In this document: piece by piece, positions 28,697 to 37,810 of the stretch | How the letters are laid out: the number at the start of each line of letters is the position of its first letter | Position numbering within the stretch: the first letter of the stretch is position 1 | From: a virus | Reading direction: 5' to 3' (one strand) | Length of the DNA: 64,000 nt | Virus record (IMG/VR): IMGVR_UViG_3300027413_000002 | Notes under the pieces: generated by a model | Told to the model about the DNA's origin: nothing | Database searches by the model: none | Seen by the model: only the letters and a program-made list of their open reading frames with translations | Program-made: the position numbers and the translations under genes

Positions 28697-29427
28697 ACAC
28701 GTTACAAAAAAGACTATTTGTGATGCTGTTCCTACTAAACGCAGGGACATCGCCTTTGTTGGCTGATAATGCGATCTACATTGATCAAATTGGATCAGGT
28801 GTAGATATTGATATTACTCAAGACGGTAGTGGTAACAAAGTTGGCGGGAGTGCCGACGATGACACTAAAATGATAGTGAGTGGTGACAACATCACCATGA
28901 GCATCGATGCGGTCGGGTCAAGTAATTCCATCATCGGTAACATAGTTGGAGAAGGTAGCACCATCGACTTTGATATAGTCGGTAGCACCAACTCAATTGA
29001 CTTTAATATTGATCCAACAAATACATATGGAGCCACTGATGGCGATTACACGCTGAATATATCTGGCGGTGACAACGACCTTGAATTGAACATCGGCACA
29101 GAAGATGCTGCAAGCAACGGTACATTTGATTGGATTGTTGATGGCGACTTCAACACAGCAACAATTAATATAGATGTTGGCAGCTTTAATAACACTGTTG
29201 ACTGGGTTGGTGATAACAACACCATAACGTATGATGCAGATGGTTATGATGGACACACGTTAAATGTGTTGGGTGATGGTAACTACTGGAACCTGACAGT
29301 CGATCAACAATCAACTCTGCAAGTAGATGAATTGGAGATAGAACTTGATGGTGATGGAACGTCTCATACGCCTGCAACGATTTGCATTAGCCAGTCTGAT
29401 TCTGGTACTGCCACAGGTTGCCAATAG
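28693..29427 (+). CDS. secreted curlin-like beta-solenoid repeat protein
   Basis: Signal peptide; DNAIYIDQIG; ~22-aa repeats with GxxN (QDGSGN, VGSSN, VGSTN, GGDN, DGDFN, VGDNN, GDGN); C-terminal Cys pair. Confidence 0.72.
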   Translation: MNTLQKRLFVMLFLLNAGTSPLLADNAIYIDQIGSGVDIDITQDGSGNKVGGSADDDTKMIVSGDNITMSIDAVGSSNSIIGNIVGEGSTIDFDIVGSTNSIDFNIDPTNTYGATDGDYTLNISGGDNDLELNIGTEDAASNGTFDWIVDGDFNTATINIDVGSFNNTVDWVGDNNTITYDADGYDGHTLNVLGDGNYWNLTVDQQSTLQVDELEIELDGDGTSHTPATICISQSDSGTATGCQ

Positions 29428-30463
29428 TAGTGATGTTGGGCTGGTCGACCGAGCAGTTGGTTGGCGTCAAATTGTCAGAGCAGAAAAAGAATTAGAACCA
29501 GCAAAAGGTTCTGATGTTATATCGAAAGACGATCTTCGCACAGGGGACGGTCGTATGCAAGTGAAGTTTGTAGATGAAAGCAAACTTCGCATGACTGAAC
29601 ACACACGCATTGTGATAGATAATGTTGTATTCGATAAAGACCCTAGTAAGTCAGATCTGGCTATGACCTTTGCCCAAGGGACTGCTCGGTTTATTACAGG
29701 TTCCTTGGGTACAATCGAAAAAGAAAATATCAGACTCAGAACACCAACTGCATCTATCGGTATTCGCGGAACAGACTTTACAGTGACTGTCGATGAGTTC
29801 GGTCGGACTCTAGTCATCCTCCTTCCAGATATGAATGGAATATCATCGGGAGAGATTATTGTTGCAACGATGACAGGAGAAGTCAGACTCAATAAGCCAT
29901 TTGAATCTACAACAACCTCTGTTGGAGAACTACCGCCAACAAACCCAGCAATTTTAGACCTCTCCCTTGACATGCTAAACAATATAATGATTATCAATCC
30001 ACCCACAGAAAGAATGTCTGTTGATGAATTTTACAGTACAACAGAAGCAGATAAAAACATAAACCCACTCGACATTGACTTCTTAGACGAAGCACTCCTA
30101 GAAGACGAGGAACTCGAAAGGGATTATCTTGAATACACCGAACTCGACATAAATTTCCTTGACGTTGATCTCCTAGAGAATCTTCTGGACTCATACTCAG
30201 ATTTAGATGCTGAACTACTCAGAGAAGAACAACAAACAGGAGACGTTGACATAGAAGGTACATCCGAGGGTTTCGATACCGTCACACAGGTTGTAACAAT
30301 AGTCGACGGTGAGAAGGTAAATGTAAGGAGAGAAGTTTCATCTATTGTAAACATATCTGTAGATTCTAGCGCGGAAACAGAAATAGTCATCGAGCAAGAC
30401 GGTAAGATGTTAGATCCAATCGTCATAAACGGAACAACCAACACAATAAATATAACACAATGA
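29345..30463 (+). CDS. FecR-domain periplasmic protein with acidic linker
   Basis: DDLRTGDGRMQVKFVDES, GTARF, RTPTASIGIRGTDF; LDxxFLD-rich linker. Confidence 0.87.
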   Translation: MMVMERLIRLQRFALASLILVLPQVANSSDVGLVDRAVGWRQIVRAEKELEPAKGSDVISKDDLRTGDGRMQVKFVDESKLRMTEHTRIVIDNVVFDKDPSKSDLAMTFAQGTARFITGSLGTIEKENIRLRTPTASIGIRGTDFTVTVDEFGRTLVILLPDMNGISSGEIIVATMTGEVRLNKPFESTTTSVGELPPTNPAILDLSLDMLNNIMIINPPTERMSVDEFYSTTEADKNINPLDIDFLDEALLEDEELERDYLEYTELDINFLDVDLLENLLDSYSDLDAELLREEQQTGDVDIEGTSEGFDTVTQVVTIVDGEKVNVRREVSSIVNISVDSSAETEIVIEQDGKMLDPIVINGTTNTINITQ

Positions 30464-32283
30464 AGATGTGGCATGTCATAATAACTGTCGCGGTGTTAGT
30501 CGCGGTCAGACTCGTAGATCCTTTTCTGTTAGAAAGCTCTCGTTTGAGCTATTTCGATTTCTTGCAGCGAGGACAGGATGTCATCACATCAGAACAAATT
30601 GTCCTAGTTGATATTGATGAGCAGACTCTCGAGAAGTTTGGACAATACCCGATCCCAAGAAGCACGATGGCTGATGAGGTTTATAAACTCGGCAACTCTA
30701 TCATCGCATTCAACATATTGTTCTCAGAACCAGACCGTTTGGGTGGAGACGATGACTTTGGTGATGTATTATTTGAGAAGAATGCTCTCGTAGCCATCGC
30801 TCCTTCACAAAAGACCAACACCGAGTATCGCCCGAAAGGAACTGGATACGCGACATTTGGCGACCGTGGGGCAGAGGAGATACGCCCAGAACTATCGGGG
30901 ATGCTATTTGCCCGACCAGAGATTATGGACGCTGTGGTGGGATATGGAACAATCTCATCAACGCCAGACGCTGATGGAATCACGCGAAGGATACCTCTCC
31001 TCGAGAACTTTGAAGGTAAACTATACCCTGCACTCGCGCTCGATATCCTCAGAGTTGCAGCTGGAGACGTGTCATATCAAATCAAGACTGATGATCTCGG
31101 AATAAGGTTTGTTCGCGTTCCAAAGTTTGATGTGATCAAAACAGATGACATGGGTAACGTGAATATTGCCTTCTGGAACGAGTTTCCAAGAACGTCATTC
31201 ACAAACATATACAACATACCTGAAGGAAGTATCGCGATCGTCGGTGCAACCTTCGAAGGATCCAGTCTAATCTCCACCCCAGTCGGTGCAATGTACCCAC
31301 ATGATGTGCAAGCCAACCTTTTGAAGACTATGATTGATGGGGTGACGATTTCCAGACTGCCAGAGTTTAAAATTTATGAAATCGCGCTGACTATCATCGG
31401 GTCTTTGCTTGTAATCTTCATGCTGAGTAAGATTTCAATCCTGATCAGCGGTGTTGGCTTCGGAATTTTAGTATGTTTTGCAGTTTTTGGTGCAAATTAT
31501 GCCTTTGAGACGCATTTTTTACTGTTCGACCCGATTTTTGGCGTGTTGACGCTGGTTTTAGTGTTTGCACACGGCAGTTTTGTTCAATTTTACACAAACT
31601 TCAAGCAAAAACAGATGATCAAGGGTCAGTTCGGTACATATTTGTCGCCAGATATGGTTGAGATGCTTGCAAACGACCCATCTCTGATGAAACTGGGTGG
31701 CGAGCGCAAAGAAATGACCTTCTTGTTCATGGATATCTGTGGATTCACCCCGATATCTGAGCATTACAAGAACAATAACGATCCTGAAGGTTTGGTCGTA
31801 TTAATTAATGACTATTTGAACCAAATGACCAATATAATTTTGGAAAATGGCGGCACGATCGATAAATACATGGGCGATTGTATCATGGCATTCTGGAATG
31901 CTCCACTACCTTGTGAGAACCATGCCGAGATGGCAGTCAAATCCGCTATCCAAATAGAGAAAAAAACAGATGAACTTAGAAGACGATATTGTGAACAGGG
32001 TCTACCCCCCATCAATGTTGGTACTGGTATCAATACAGGTGATTGCATTGTTGGTAATATGGGCAGTGAGTCACGTTTCGACTATTCTGTCATTGGAGAC
32101 GCAGTTAATCTCGCAGCCAGACTCGAAGCAACAGCTGCAAGAGGAGACTATCTTGATTACAAGACCATCTACTCAAGCAACACAATGGAGCAACTTAAAA
32201 CTACCGCATCGAGATCAATAGGTAAGATTAAGGTGAAAGGTAAAGAAGAAGAAATAGAAATCTACACACCTGAGTATAAATAG
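30460..32283 (+). CDS. CHASE2-domain class III adenylate cyclase
   Basis: IVLVDIDE..L..FGQYP.PR, DADGITRRIPL, three TM helices, FMDICGFT, TIDKYMGDCIMAFWNAP, DYSVIGDAVNLAARLE. Confidence 0.95.
   Translation: MKMWHVIITVAVLVAVRLVDPFLLESSRLSYFDFLQRGQDVITSEQIVLVDIDEQTLEKFGQYPIPRSTMADEVYKLGNSIIAFNILFSEPDRLGGDDDFGDVLFEKNALVAIAPSQKTNTEYRPKGTGYATFGDRGAEEIRPELSGMLFARPEIMDAVVGYGTISSTPDADGITRRIPLLENFEGKLYPALALDILRVAAGDVSYQIKTDDLGIRFVRVPKFDVIKTDDMGNVNIAFWNEFPRTSFTNIYNIPEGSIAIVGATFEGSSLISTPVGAMYPHDVQANLLKTMIDGVTISRLPEFKIYEIALTIIGSLLVIFMLSKISILISGVGFGILVCFAVFGANYAFETHFLLFDPIFGVLTLVLVFAHGSFVQFYTNFKQKQMIKGQFGTYLSPDMVEMLANDPSLMKLGGERKEMTFLFMDICGFTPISEHYKNNNDPEGLVVLINDYLNQMTNIILENGGTIDKYMGDCIMAFWNAPLPCENHAEMAVKSAIQIEKKTDELRRRYCEQGLPPINVGTGINTGDCIVGNMGSESRFDYSVIGDAVNLAARLEATAARGDYLDYKTIYSSNTMEQLKTTASRSIGKIKVKGKEEEIEIYTPEYK
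32275..32282 (+). promoter_or_regulatory. late promoter TATAAATA
   Basis: 5 nt before ATG 32288. Confidence 0.7.
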
Positions 32284-32287
32284 AGGT

Positions 32288-33346
32288 ATGGCGAAGTTTA
32301 ACCGAGGAGATGTCTCGGAAGGAATATTGGCTGCAGCAATCACTGCTAGATTCCTATCGAAGACAAAGAGAATCAATGACACCGATGTCACATCTGTGAT
32401 ACGGAAACTTGCGCGTCCAGCAAATATGGGTTCGAAGGGTCTGACCTCTACATCTTACTTCACCTCCGCGAACGAAAATCCAAAGATTAACGATGAAGTC
32501 TGTTGTGTCATTAACTTGGCAGAGATCAATATGCAGGCTTTGACCGACCTCAAGATCTACCAACAGAAAGAAATAAGAGATATTGTAACAGCCAGTGCTG
32601 CATTTGCAAACGGAATGTATGTAATGCAGTGGGCAGACTTAATGTATACCAACAACCAGAAAAACAAGATCGAAGTCTTATCTGAAGGGTTGATGGATCA
32701 AACTGGAACAAAGGTAGATCTCAAGATACGAATAGACGACAAACCTTGTTCTATTGGTATCTCTCTGAAATATGGAGACGTGAAGCAATTCGGTCAGGTT
32801 GGTGGCTCTAGTTTTAAGAGTATGAAGAGTTTGTTCGAACCTCTTGGTGTAAAATTCAGCACAGATTTCGAGAACAAGTATACCGACAAAATATCTAAAA
32901 GAGAGATAGCTGACGGTCTAACAATGGCGTATTCCGAAGCAGTGACACAAATGAACAAAAAGCAACAAAAGGTTCTGTTGAAATCTCTGGCTGACTTTAT
33001 GAAATATCATGCCACGCTGAATGAAGATGAGGTTGCCCTTGTCCAGCTGAATCGATCTGAAGCAGGTGTATACGATTTTGGTAAACTAGAACAAAAGCTG
33101 ATGGGTCAAGAAGTCGAACTAGAACTGACTGACGGTATAACTGAGAAATTGGCTGGATATGCTGGGAGCAATAAGATCCCGAAGATAAATTTCCGAATCA
33201 AAAGAAACAATGAAATCCTGTTCACCATCAGATTGAAACTTGAAGGTAACAGGATAAATTCAAAGGGCAAGAGATTACCGCTTGTCGTCAGAAACTACAT
33301 TGAAAAAGGCAAGGCAACAACCCAGTTGTTGATGGAAACAAGTTAA
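32288..33346 (+). CDS. hypothetical protein, possible PD-(D/E)XK nuclease
   Basis: GDVSEG, TKVDL...ISLK pattern. Confidence 0.55.
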   Translation: MAKFNRGDVSEGILAAAITARFLSKTKRINDTDVTSVIRKLARPANMGSKGLTSTSYFTSANENPKINDEVCCVINLAEINMQALTDLKIYQQKEIRDIVTASAAFANGMYVMQWADLMYTNNQKNKIEVLSEGLMDQTGTKVDLKIRIDDKPCSIGISLKYGDVKQFGQVGGSSFKSMKSLFEPLGVKFSTDFENKYTDKISKREIADGLTMAYSEAVTQMNKKQQKVLLKSLADFMKYHATLNEDEVALVQLNRSEAGVYDFGKLEQKLMGQEVELELTDGITEKLAGYAGSNKIPKINFRIKRNNEILFTIRLKLEGNRINSKGKRLPLVVRNYIEKGKATTQLLMETS

Positions 33347-33717
33347 TTTCGAGTAAACTTCTGTTTCTCTCGCTTCATCCTAGCAAGTAACATCTTTCGC
33401 TGAGAATACCATTGATTCTTAGAACCATACTCGCATCGTAACCACAAGATCTTTCGATTTACTAGGAATGTTGGTAGGTGAAATGCATTGCCCCAATGTA
33501 AAGCAATGTATGGGACTCGGTATGAACGATATCCACTAATGAGTCCAAATGAAATGAATGGCAACTTAATGCCTCTGAATCTTGAAACGCGATAGAAAGA
33601 GTTTACATACCATCCCTGCTCTATCCAATTCTTACGCACAATGTGACATGGGTGAAACTCGTTGAAGTCTCCTCCCTTGGGATAATGTGTGCTTTTGAAG
33701 TAGTAATGTTTCTCCAT
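33343..33717 (-). CDS. hypothetical protein
   Basis: ORF from MEKHYY. Confidence 0.55.
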   Translation of the reverse strand: MEKHYYFKSTHYPKGGDFNEFHPCHIVRKNWIEQGWYVNSFYRVSRFRGIKLPFISFGLISGYRSYRVPYIALHWGNAFHLPTFLVNRKILWLRCEYGSKNQWYSQRKMLLARMKREKQKFTRN

Positions 33718-33721
33718 AGAA

Positions 33722-33750
33722 GTTGGGGAGCCGAAGCCCCCCTTCCCCAA
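33722..33750 (-). terminator. GC-rich hairpin after HTH gene
   Basis: TTGGGGA...TCCCCAA inverted repeat with TTCG loop; weak U-tail. Confidence 0.45.
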
Positions 33751-33751
33751 A

Positions 33752-34021
33752 TTACTGCGCTAGAGCAGCATAACCAGCAGCGATAACTGCTTTGGTTGGT
33801 TGACCCAAACGATAGAAGTCAGACTTCGCTCGTCCACGTGAACCTTTGCGACCTTCGTTCAGATGGATCGCATATCCCTTACGACGAAGCGCATATACCA
33901 CATTGTGTGGGTTAGCAACACCGAAACGTGAAGAGATCTGTGAAGCGGTAAGAGTATCACCGCTCATGAATGTCGCTAGAGCGCGATCTTGTGCAGTTGT
34001 AGTTTTCATAGTTTTCTCCAT
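33752..34021 (-). CDS. small winged-helix DNA-binding protein
   Basis: LTASQISSRFGVANP..VVYALRRKGY...YRLGQP. Confidence 0.7.
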   Translation of the reverse strand: MEKTMKTTTAQDRALATFMSGDTLTASQISSRFGVANPHNVVYALRRKGYAIHLNEGRKGSRGRAKSDFYRLGQPTKAVIAAGYAALAQ

Positions 34022-34095
34022 AATAAAAATTTAAACAACATTTAGGTTTTAACGTCTTCCGACGATCAGCCACCTCGGCTAATTCAGTATGGTTC

Positions 34096-34524
34096 TTATT
34101 CTGCTGCTTCCTCGATCTCTATCTCATTCCAGATAAAGACCTCAAGGTCATCAGGTTCGAACCCAAATTCTTCAAGGATGGAACTTGTGAAGTCATCACC
34201 CTCTTCATATTTCTCTTGGATGGTTTCTTCGTTTTCATGGTCACCGTAGAACTCAATATCCTCAGAGACACCATCCCAACAATCACCCAATTCCCATTCG
34301 TCAAAACAAGGCTCGAATGCCTCACCATCTTTCTGTTCAAGAGAATCCTTTAAATCCTGAACCTCTTCTTCGTTTTGCGGTGTGACGAATATAGAACCAC
34401 CGCGCCATAGAGTGCGGACTCCAATAAACTTATTGGTGTCATAGTTTCGAAATGATTCTAACTCCTCGAAAGACTTCTTCCACTTTGGTGATACTTGATA
34501 GCGTGTTCCAATTTTAATGTCCAC
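34096..34524 (-). CDS. hypothetical acidic protein
   Basis: ORF with coupled overlap. Confidence 0.65.
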   Translation of the reverse strand: MDIKIGTRYQVSPKWKKSFEELESFRNYDTNKFIGVRTLWRGGSIFVTPQNEEEVQDLKDSLEQKDGEAFEPCFDEWELGDCWDGVSEDIEFYGDHENEETIQEKYEEGDDFTSSILEEFGFEPDDLEVFIWNEIEIEEAAE

Positions 34525-34819
34525 TTATATACTCCAATAGTCCAATAGCCAAAATTACGCTGATAACAGCATTCAAAATAATGAGAGCACGGTCGTGCCA
34601 AGCGATGGCAACATATGTCCACCCAGCAGTACCAACAATACTGAAAATTAAATCCATGAAGTGAAATCCTGCTGATCGACAAACGACCGCACTGATGATC
34701 ATCGTAGTAGCAAACCACTTAACATACCAATCCAATGTATGTTTTGGAGTAGCAGACTTGAATATTCTGTTCGAGTTTTCTAACTCTTCTTTGGTTACAC
34801 TAGGGTCTACTTTAGACAT
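34514..34819 (-). CDS. small membrane protein
   Basis: Three hydrophobic segments; WHDRALIILN. Confidence 0.7.
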   Translation of the reverse strand: MSKVDPSVTKEELENSNRIFKSATPKHTLDWYVKWFATTMIISAVVCRSAGFHFMDLIFSIVGTAGWTYVAIAWHDRALIILNAVISVILAIGLLEYISGH

Positions 34820-35252
34820 TTAACAGTGCCTCTTTCATAATCTCTTCTTCACGAGCGTATGCATCGATCTCCCAAGGTTGATCGTTATACGGTGTATTCG
34901 TGAAGGTCTCACCTTCCCAGATGACGACATTAACTAAGGTCTGAGCGTCACCAGTCTGCAGCAGTTGCAATCCGACATTTTCTAGGCGACCAGTAATAAT
35001 CTGTTGAGCGTGAATAAGTTCGTGAGCAATGTTCCGCATAATATCTTCTTCTGGGAGTGCCTCTCCCTGAACGTGGGTCGCAATCTCAACATCGATCTCA
35101 TCAGTGTCGCCATAACAATACCCACCAGCGTCACCATCACACTTCTTCTTGAATTCAATAGTAACTTCGGTAAGGGAATCTTGTATGCCCAAAACAGACC
35201 CACAAGCGTGGATATAATCGGAATAATTCGTTTCGTCAGTGGTATAAATCAT
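34812..35252 (-). CDS. HExxH zinc metallopeptidase-like protein
   Basis: GYC, IAHELIHAQQ, PWEIDAY. Confidence 0.75.
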   Translation of the reverse strand: MIYTTDETNYSDYIHACGSVLGIQDSLTEVTIEFKKKCDGDAGGYCYGDTDEIDVEIATHVQGEALPEEDIMRNIAHELIHAQQIITGRLENVGLQLLQTGDAQTLVNVVIWEGETFTNTPYNDQPWEIDAYAREEEIMKEALLNV

Positions 35253-35279
35253 AACAATCTCTCTCTCAACTACACAACC

Positions 35280-35307
35280 ATTATACTACAACAGATGGAG
35301 AAGTCAA
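35280..35307 (-). promoter_or_regulatory. early promoter TTGACT-16-TATAAT
   Basis: Consensus boxes followed by GAGAGAGAG leader. Confidence 0.8.
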
Positions 35308-35314
35308 GCACTAA

Positions 35315-35899
35315 TTACAAATAAATCCAATTAATTTCTGGGTACATATCAATGACTTTCATGCGTTGTTCTTCCCACTCAGCTAATCTATACCCATCAT
35401 CGTCCATAAGGTGCTGGTTGTGTAGGTGAACAAAGTCTCCCATGCCTGCGAGATATATCGTCTTGAATCCTTTCTCGGCAGCATCCCACATCGCCATAGT
35501 ACCTGACGCCATGGGGAATGGAAGACTCTCGAACGACACATTAGATACCTCGTCTTTTGCATCGAGATAAGTATACACGCACTGTTCGCCTTCACCGCTG
35601 ATCACACAACCATTGTTCGTATACTCATTGACATCTGGATTTGCATAAGCATCCAATCCTAGCATGCTCACAGCTATCTCGCTGGGGATGTGTTTCCAAT
35701 CGAGGAATAAACAGTTTCCCTTGTAGTTCCGATAGATGCCATGTTGTGCCAGAGGGTCAGTCGAGACAATCCACTCAAACGGGATACTCTCCTTATATGC
35801 TAGATTACACCCATATATGGATGACTTTCCAATAAATACGGATAAATCTAGTTGTTCTCTAGATGCCCCATTTCCTAAAATTAAAGCCGAATCAAACAT
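35315..35899 (-). CDS. hypothetical protein (Maf/DUF115-like Rossmann motif)
   Basis: LILGNGASR, YGCN, SGTMA, IYLAG. Confidence 0.6.
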   Translation of the reverse strand: MFDSALILGNGASREQLDLSVFIGKSSIYGCNLAYKESIPFEWIVSTDPLAQHGIYRNYKGNCLFLDWKHIPSEIAVSMLGLDAYANPDVNEYTNNGCVISGEGEQCVYTYLDAKDEVSNVSFESLPFPMASGTMAMWDAAEKGFKTIYLAGMGDFVHLHNQHLMDDDGYRLAEWEEQRMKVIDMYPEINWIYL

Positions 35900-35948
35900 A
35901 TAATATCCTAATCCTTATAAATATAATTATACACTGGAGACCCCATCA

Positions 35949-36413
35949 ATGCCAAGTTACATACAAAAAAGAACACCGCTCACTGCAGTCACTGCAGACC
36001 ATACTATGGTCATATCAGGTGAAGCTACCTCAGAAGAAGCATGGGAGGCGATCAAACTCAAGTTTCCAACATTCAGTGGTGCACGACACTCCGAAGAACA
36101 TGTCAAGTATTCAAGACAATTCCTTGAAACAATCGCTATAAACAATCAACGCATAGACAACGACGAAGCAGAGATCTTTAACAAAGTTGCAGAGATTGGT
36201 ATCTGGTTATATATTGAAAACTGCATTCACGACGAAGTTACTCGGATAGTTTCTTGGGACATCGTTGAGTATTTCAGAGATCAAACTGCTTTAACTACTG
36301 CTGAAACTTGGTTGAAATCATCAAACGTGTTCAACAATCACGCAGAAAGAGCAAACCCCTCGATATACACTGCTGTAGATTTCCACAGACCATACAGAGA
36401 GCCAGAAGGCTAA
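35949..36413 (+). CDS. hypothetical late protein
   Basis: TATAAATA at 35916-35923 and GGAG SD upstream. Confidence 0.7.
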   Translation: MPSYIQKRTPLTAVTADHTMVISGEATSEEAWEAIKLKFPTFSGARHSEEHVKYSRQFLETIAINNQRIDNDEAEIFNKVAEIGIWLYIENCIHDEVTRIVSWDIVEYFRDQTALTTAETWLKSSNVFNNHAERANPSIYTAVDFHRPYREPEG

Positions 36414-36631
36414 CTTGATATCTGGCTCATACTCTTTGTAGTGTAACCCTGATCAGCACAGAAGTAATCCAACCACTGGACTGCAGCATCGAAGTCTGGG
36501 TCTTCTAATTCTTCACCAGTCTCTCTCTGTGCTGTGTTCAAGATACCATATATATCGACATCTTCTGCCATGTCCTGTTGCAGAACCACGGTCTCTGCAA
36601 ATCCGCATACTCTATCAAATCGATTGTTCAT
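36410..36631 (-). CDS. hypothetical protein
   Basis: MNNRFD start with GAGG SD. Confidence 0.6.
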   Translation of the reverse strand: MNNRFDRVCGFAETVVLQQDMAEDVDIYGILNTAQRETGEELEDPDFDAAVQWLDYFCADQGYTTKSMSQISS

Positions 36632-36638
36632 AAAAACC

Positions 36639-36824
36639 TCAACTATTGTAAATACCAAATGTAAGAATTGCATCTCCATACTTATGTAGGGAGGATTGAA
36701 AGTCCTCATCGCGCATATAGTATGAAGTGACAACCTCTTCTGTTGACTTGCCAGTCTGGCTGTCTATCACATAATGCTCGATGAACCACTTAAAATTGTT
36801 CTTGGGGTCAGGAAACGGTTTCAT
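36639..36824 (-). CDS. hypothetical protein
   Basis: ATGA overlap with upstream gene. Confidence 0.55.
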   Translation of the reverse strand: MKPFPDPKNNFKWFIEHYVIDSQTGKSTEEVVTSYYMRDEDFQSSLHKYGDAILTFGIYNS

Positions 36825-37321
36825 ATCAGACGCTCACCGTGTGTCGTGATTTCGGTCATAGAAAGAGAAGCACCCAAACGAGGATCCTTATTCTTACTAC
36901 CATTCAACATACGGTCATATGCTCGCTTCAGCTTCGGTGTCAGGAGTTTCAATACATCCTCACCAGACAGCTTCCACAACTCGACCACCTTACCACCCTC
37001 ATACCGAGCATGATAATGATTCTTGTATTTGGCGATCTTCTGGTTGCGCAGGTAGTTTAACTGCTTGCGCCAAGTCGGTTGAACCGAGATCGCATTGTAT
37101 GTCGCGTTGATACGAGGAGCAATGGTAGACTTGTATTCACAACCACCGTCTTCATCGTAACCATCCGCGCCAGACAGAGTATCGCTCACCTTGTGACCGA
37201 GTAACCCAGCCATATGAATCTCCTTGGAACGAGCATAGGAGAAGGGATCGCCCCAACCATTCTCTTCACAAAGGTCAAACATCTCTTCATACAGCTTACG
37301 GAATTTTGCTTCATTAGTCAT
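36821..37321 (-). CDS. hypothetical early protein, possible restriction-fold nuclease
   Basis: RSKE...GADG...EYKS pattern; own promoter. Confidence 0.55.
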   Translation of the reverse strand: MTNEAKFRKLYEEMFDLCEENGWGDPFSYARSKEIHMAGLLGHKVSDTLSGADGYDEDGGCEYKSTIAPRINATYNAISVQPTWRKQLNYLRNQKIAKYKNHYHARYEGGKVVELWKLSGEDVLKLLTPKLKRAYDRMLNGSKNKDPRLGASLSMTEITTHGERLI

Positions 37322-37350
37322 ATCTATTTCCTCTCTCAGAATATACAACC

Positions 37351-37378
37351 ATTGTACTACATCGAGCACAAAAGTCAA
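37351..37378 (-). promoter_or_regulatory. early promoter TTGACT-16-TACAAT
   Basis: Near-consensus boxes. Confidence 0.75.
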
Positions 37379-37381
37379 GCG

Positions 37382-37810
37382 TTAAATGATGCCCTCGTCA
37401 AATACTCTCTGGGCATAGATCTCTTGAAGTTTGAATGCCTCTTTCTCCCATGGCATCCTCTCGTATGCAGTACCGTATCCATAGACGGTCTGTTTCCAGC
37501 GTATCTTTCGAGCACATGCCTTGCGATCAAAGAAGTCCACCATCTCTTTCTTAACAAACTGCTTCACGTGAATCAACTCGTGACAGATTGTCTTAACGAA
37601 CTCCTGCATCTTCAGTCGACTGTCCACCTTCACAACAAACAGACGATCTTCTAACTCATTACAAGAACCATCTAAGCCATCCAGCTTCTCTAGCTGTAAC
37701 ATCACATCGACCTTTCGATACTCAGGTAGAGTCTGTTTCAACATAAAAGAAGCGACAGCAGAAGCCATCTCTCTTTGCCATGCCTTACCACCAGTAACAG
37801 ATACCATCAT
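37382..37810 (-). CDS. HExxH zinc metallopeptidase-like protein
   Basis: ICHELIHVKQ, PWEKEAF. Confidence 0.75.
   Translation of the reverse strand: MMVSVTGGKAWQREMASAVASFMLKQTLPEYRKVDVMLQLEKLDGLDGSCNELEDRLFVVKVDSRLKMQEFVKTICHELIHVKQFVKKEMVDFFDRKACARKIRWKQTVYGYGTAYERMPWEKEAFKLQEIYAQRVFDEGII

Noticed and set aside
28693-29427. Naming this gene csgA or csgB
   Set aside because: Repeats are degenerate and most lack the canonical QxGxxN; called curlin-like only
26321-32283. Host DNA contamination or chimeric assembly
   Set aside because: The operon has T4 late promoters at both ends and a phage-type GAGAGAG leader; a read-level check would still be prudent
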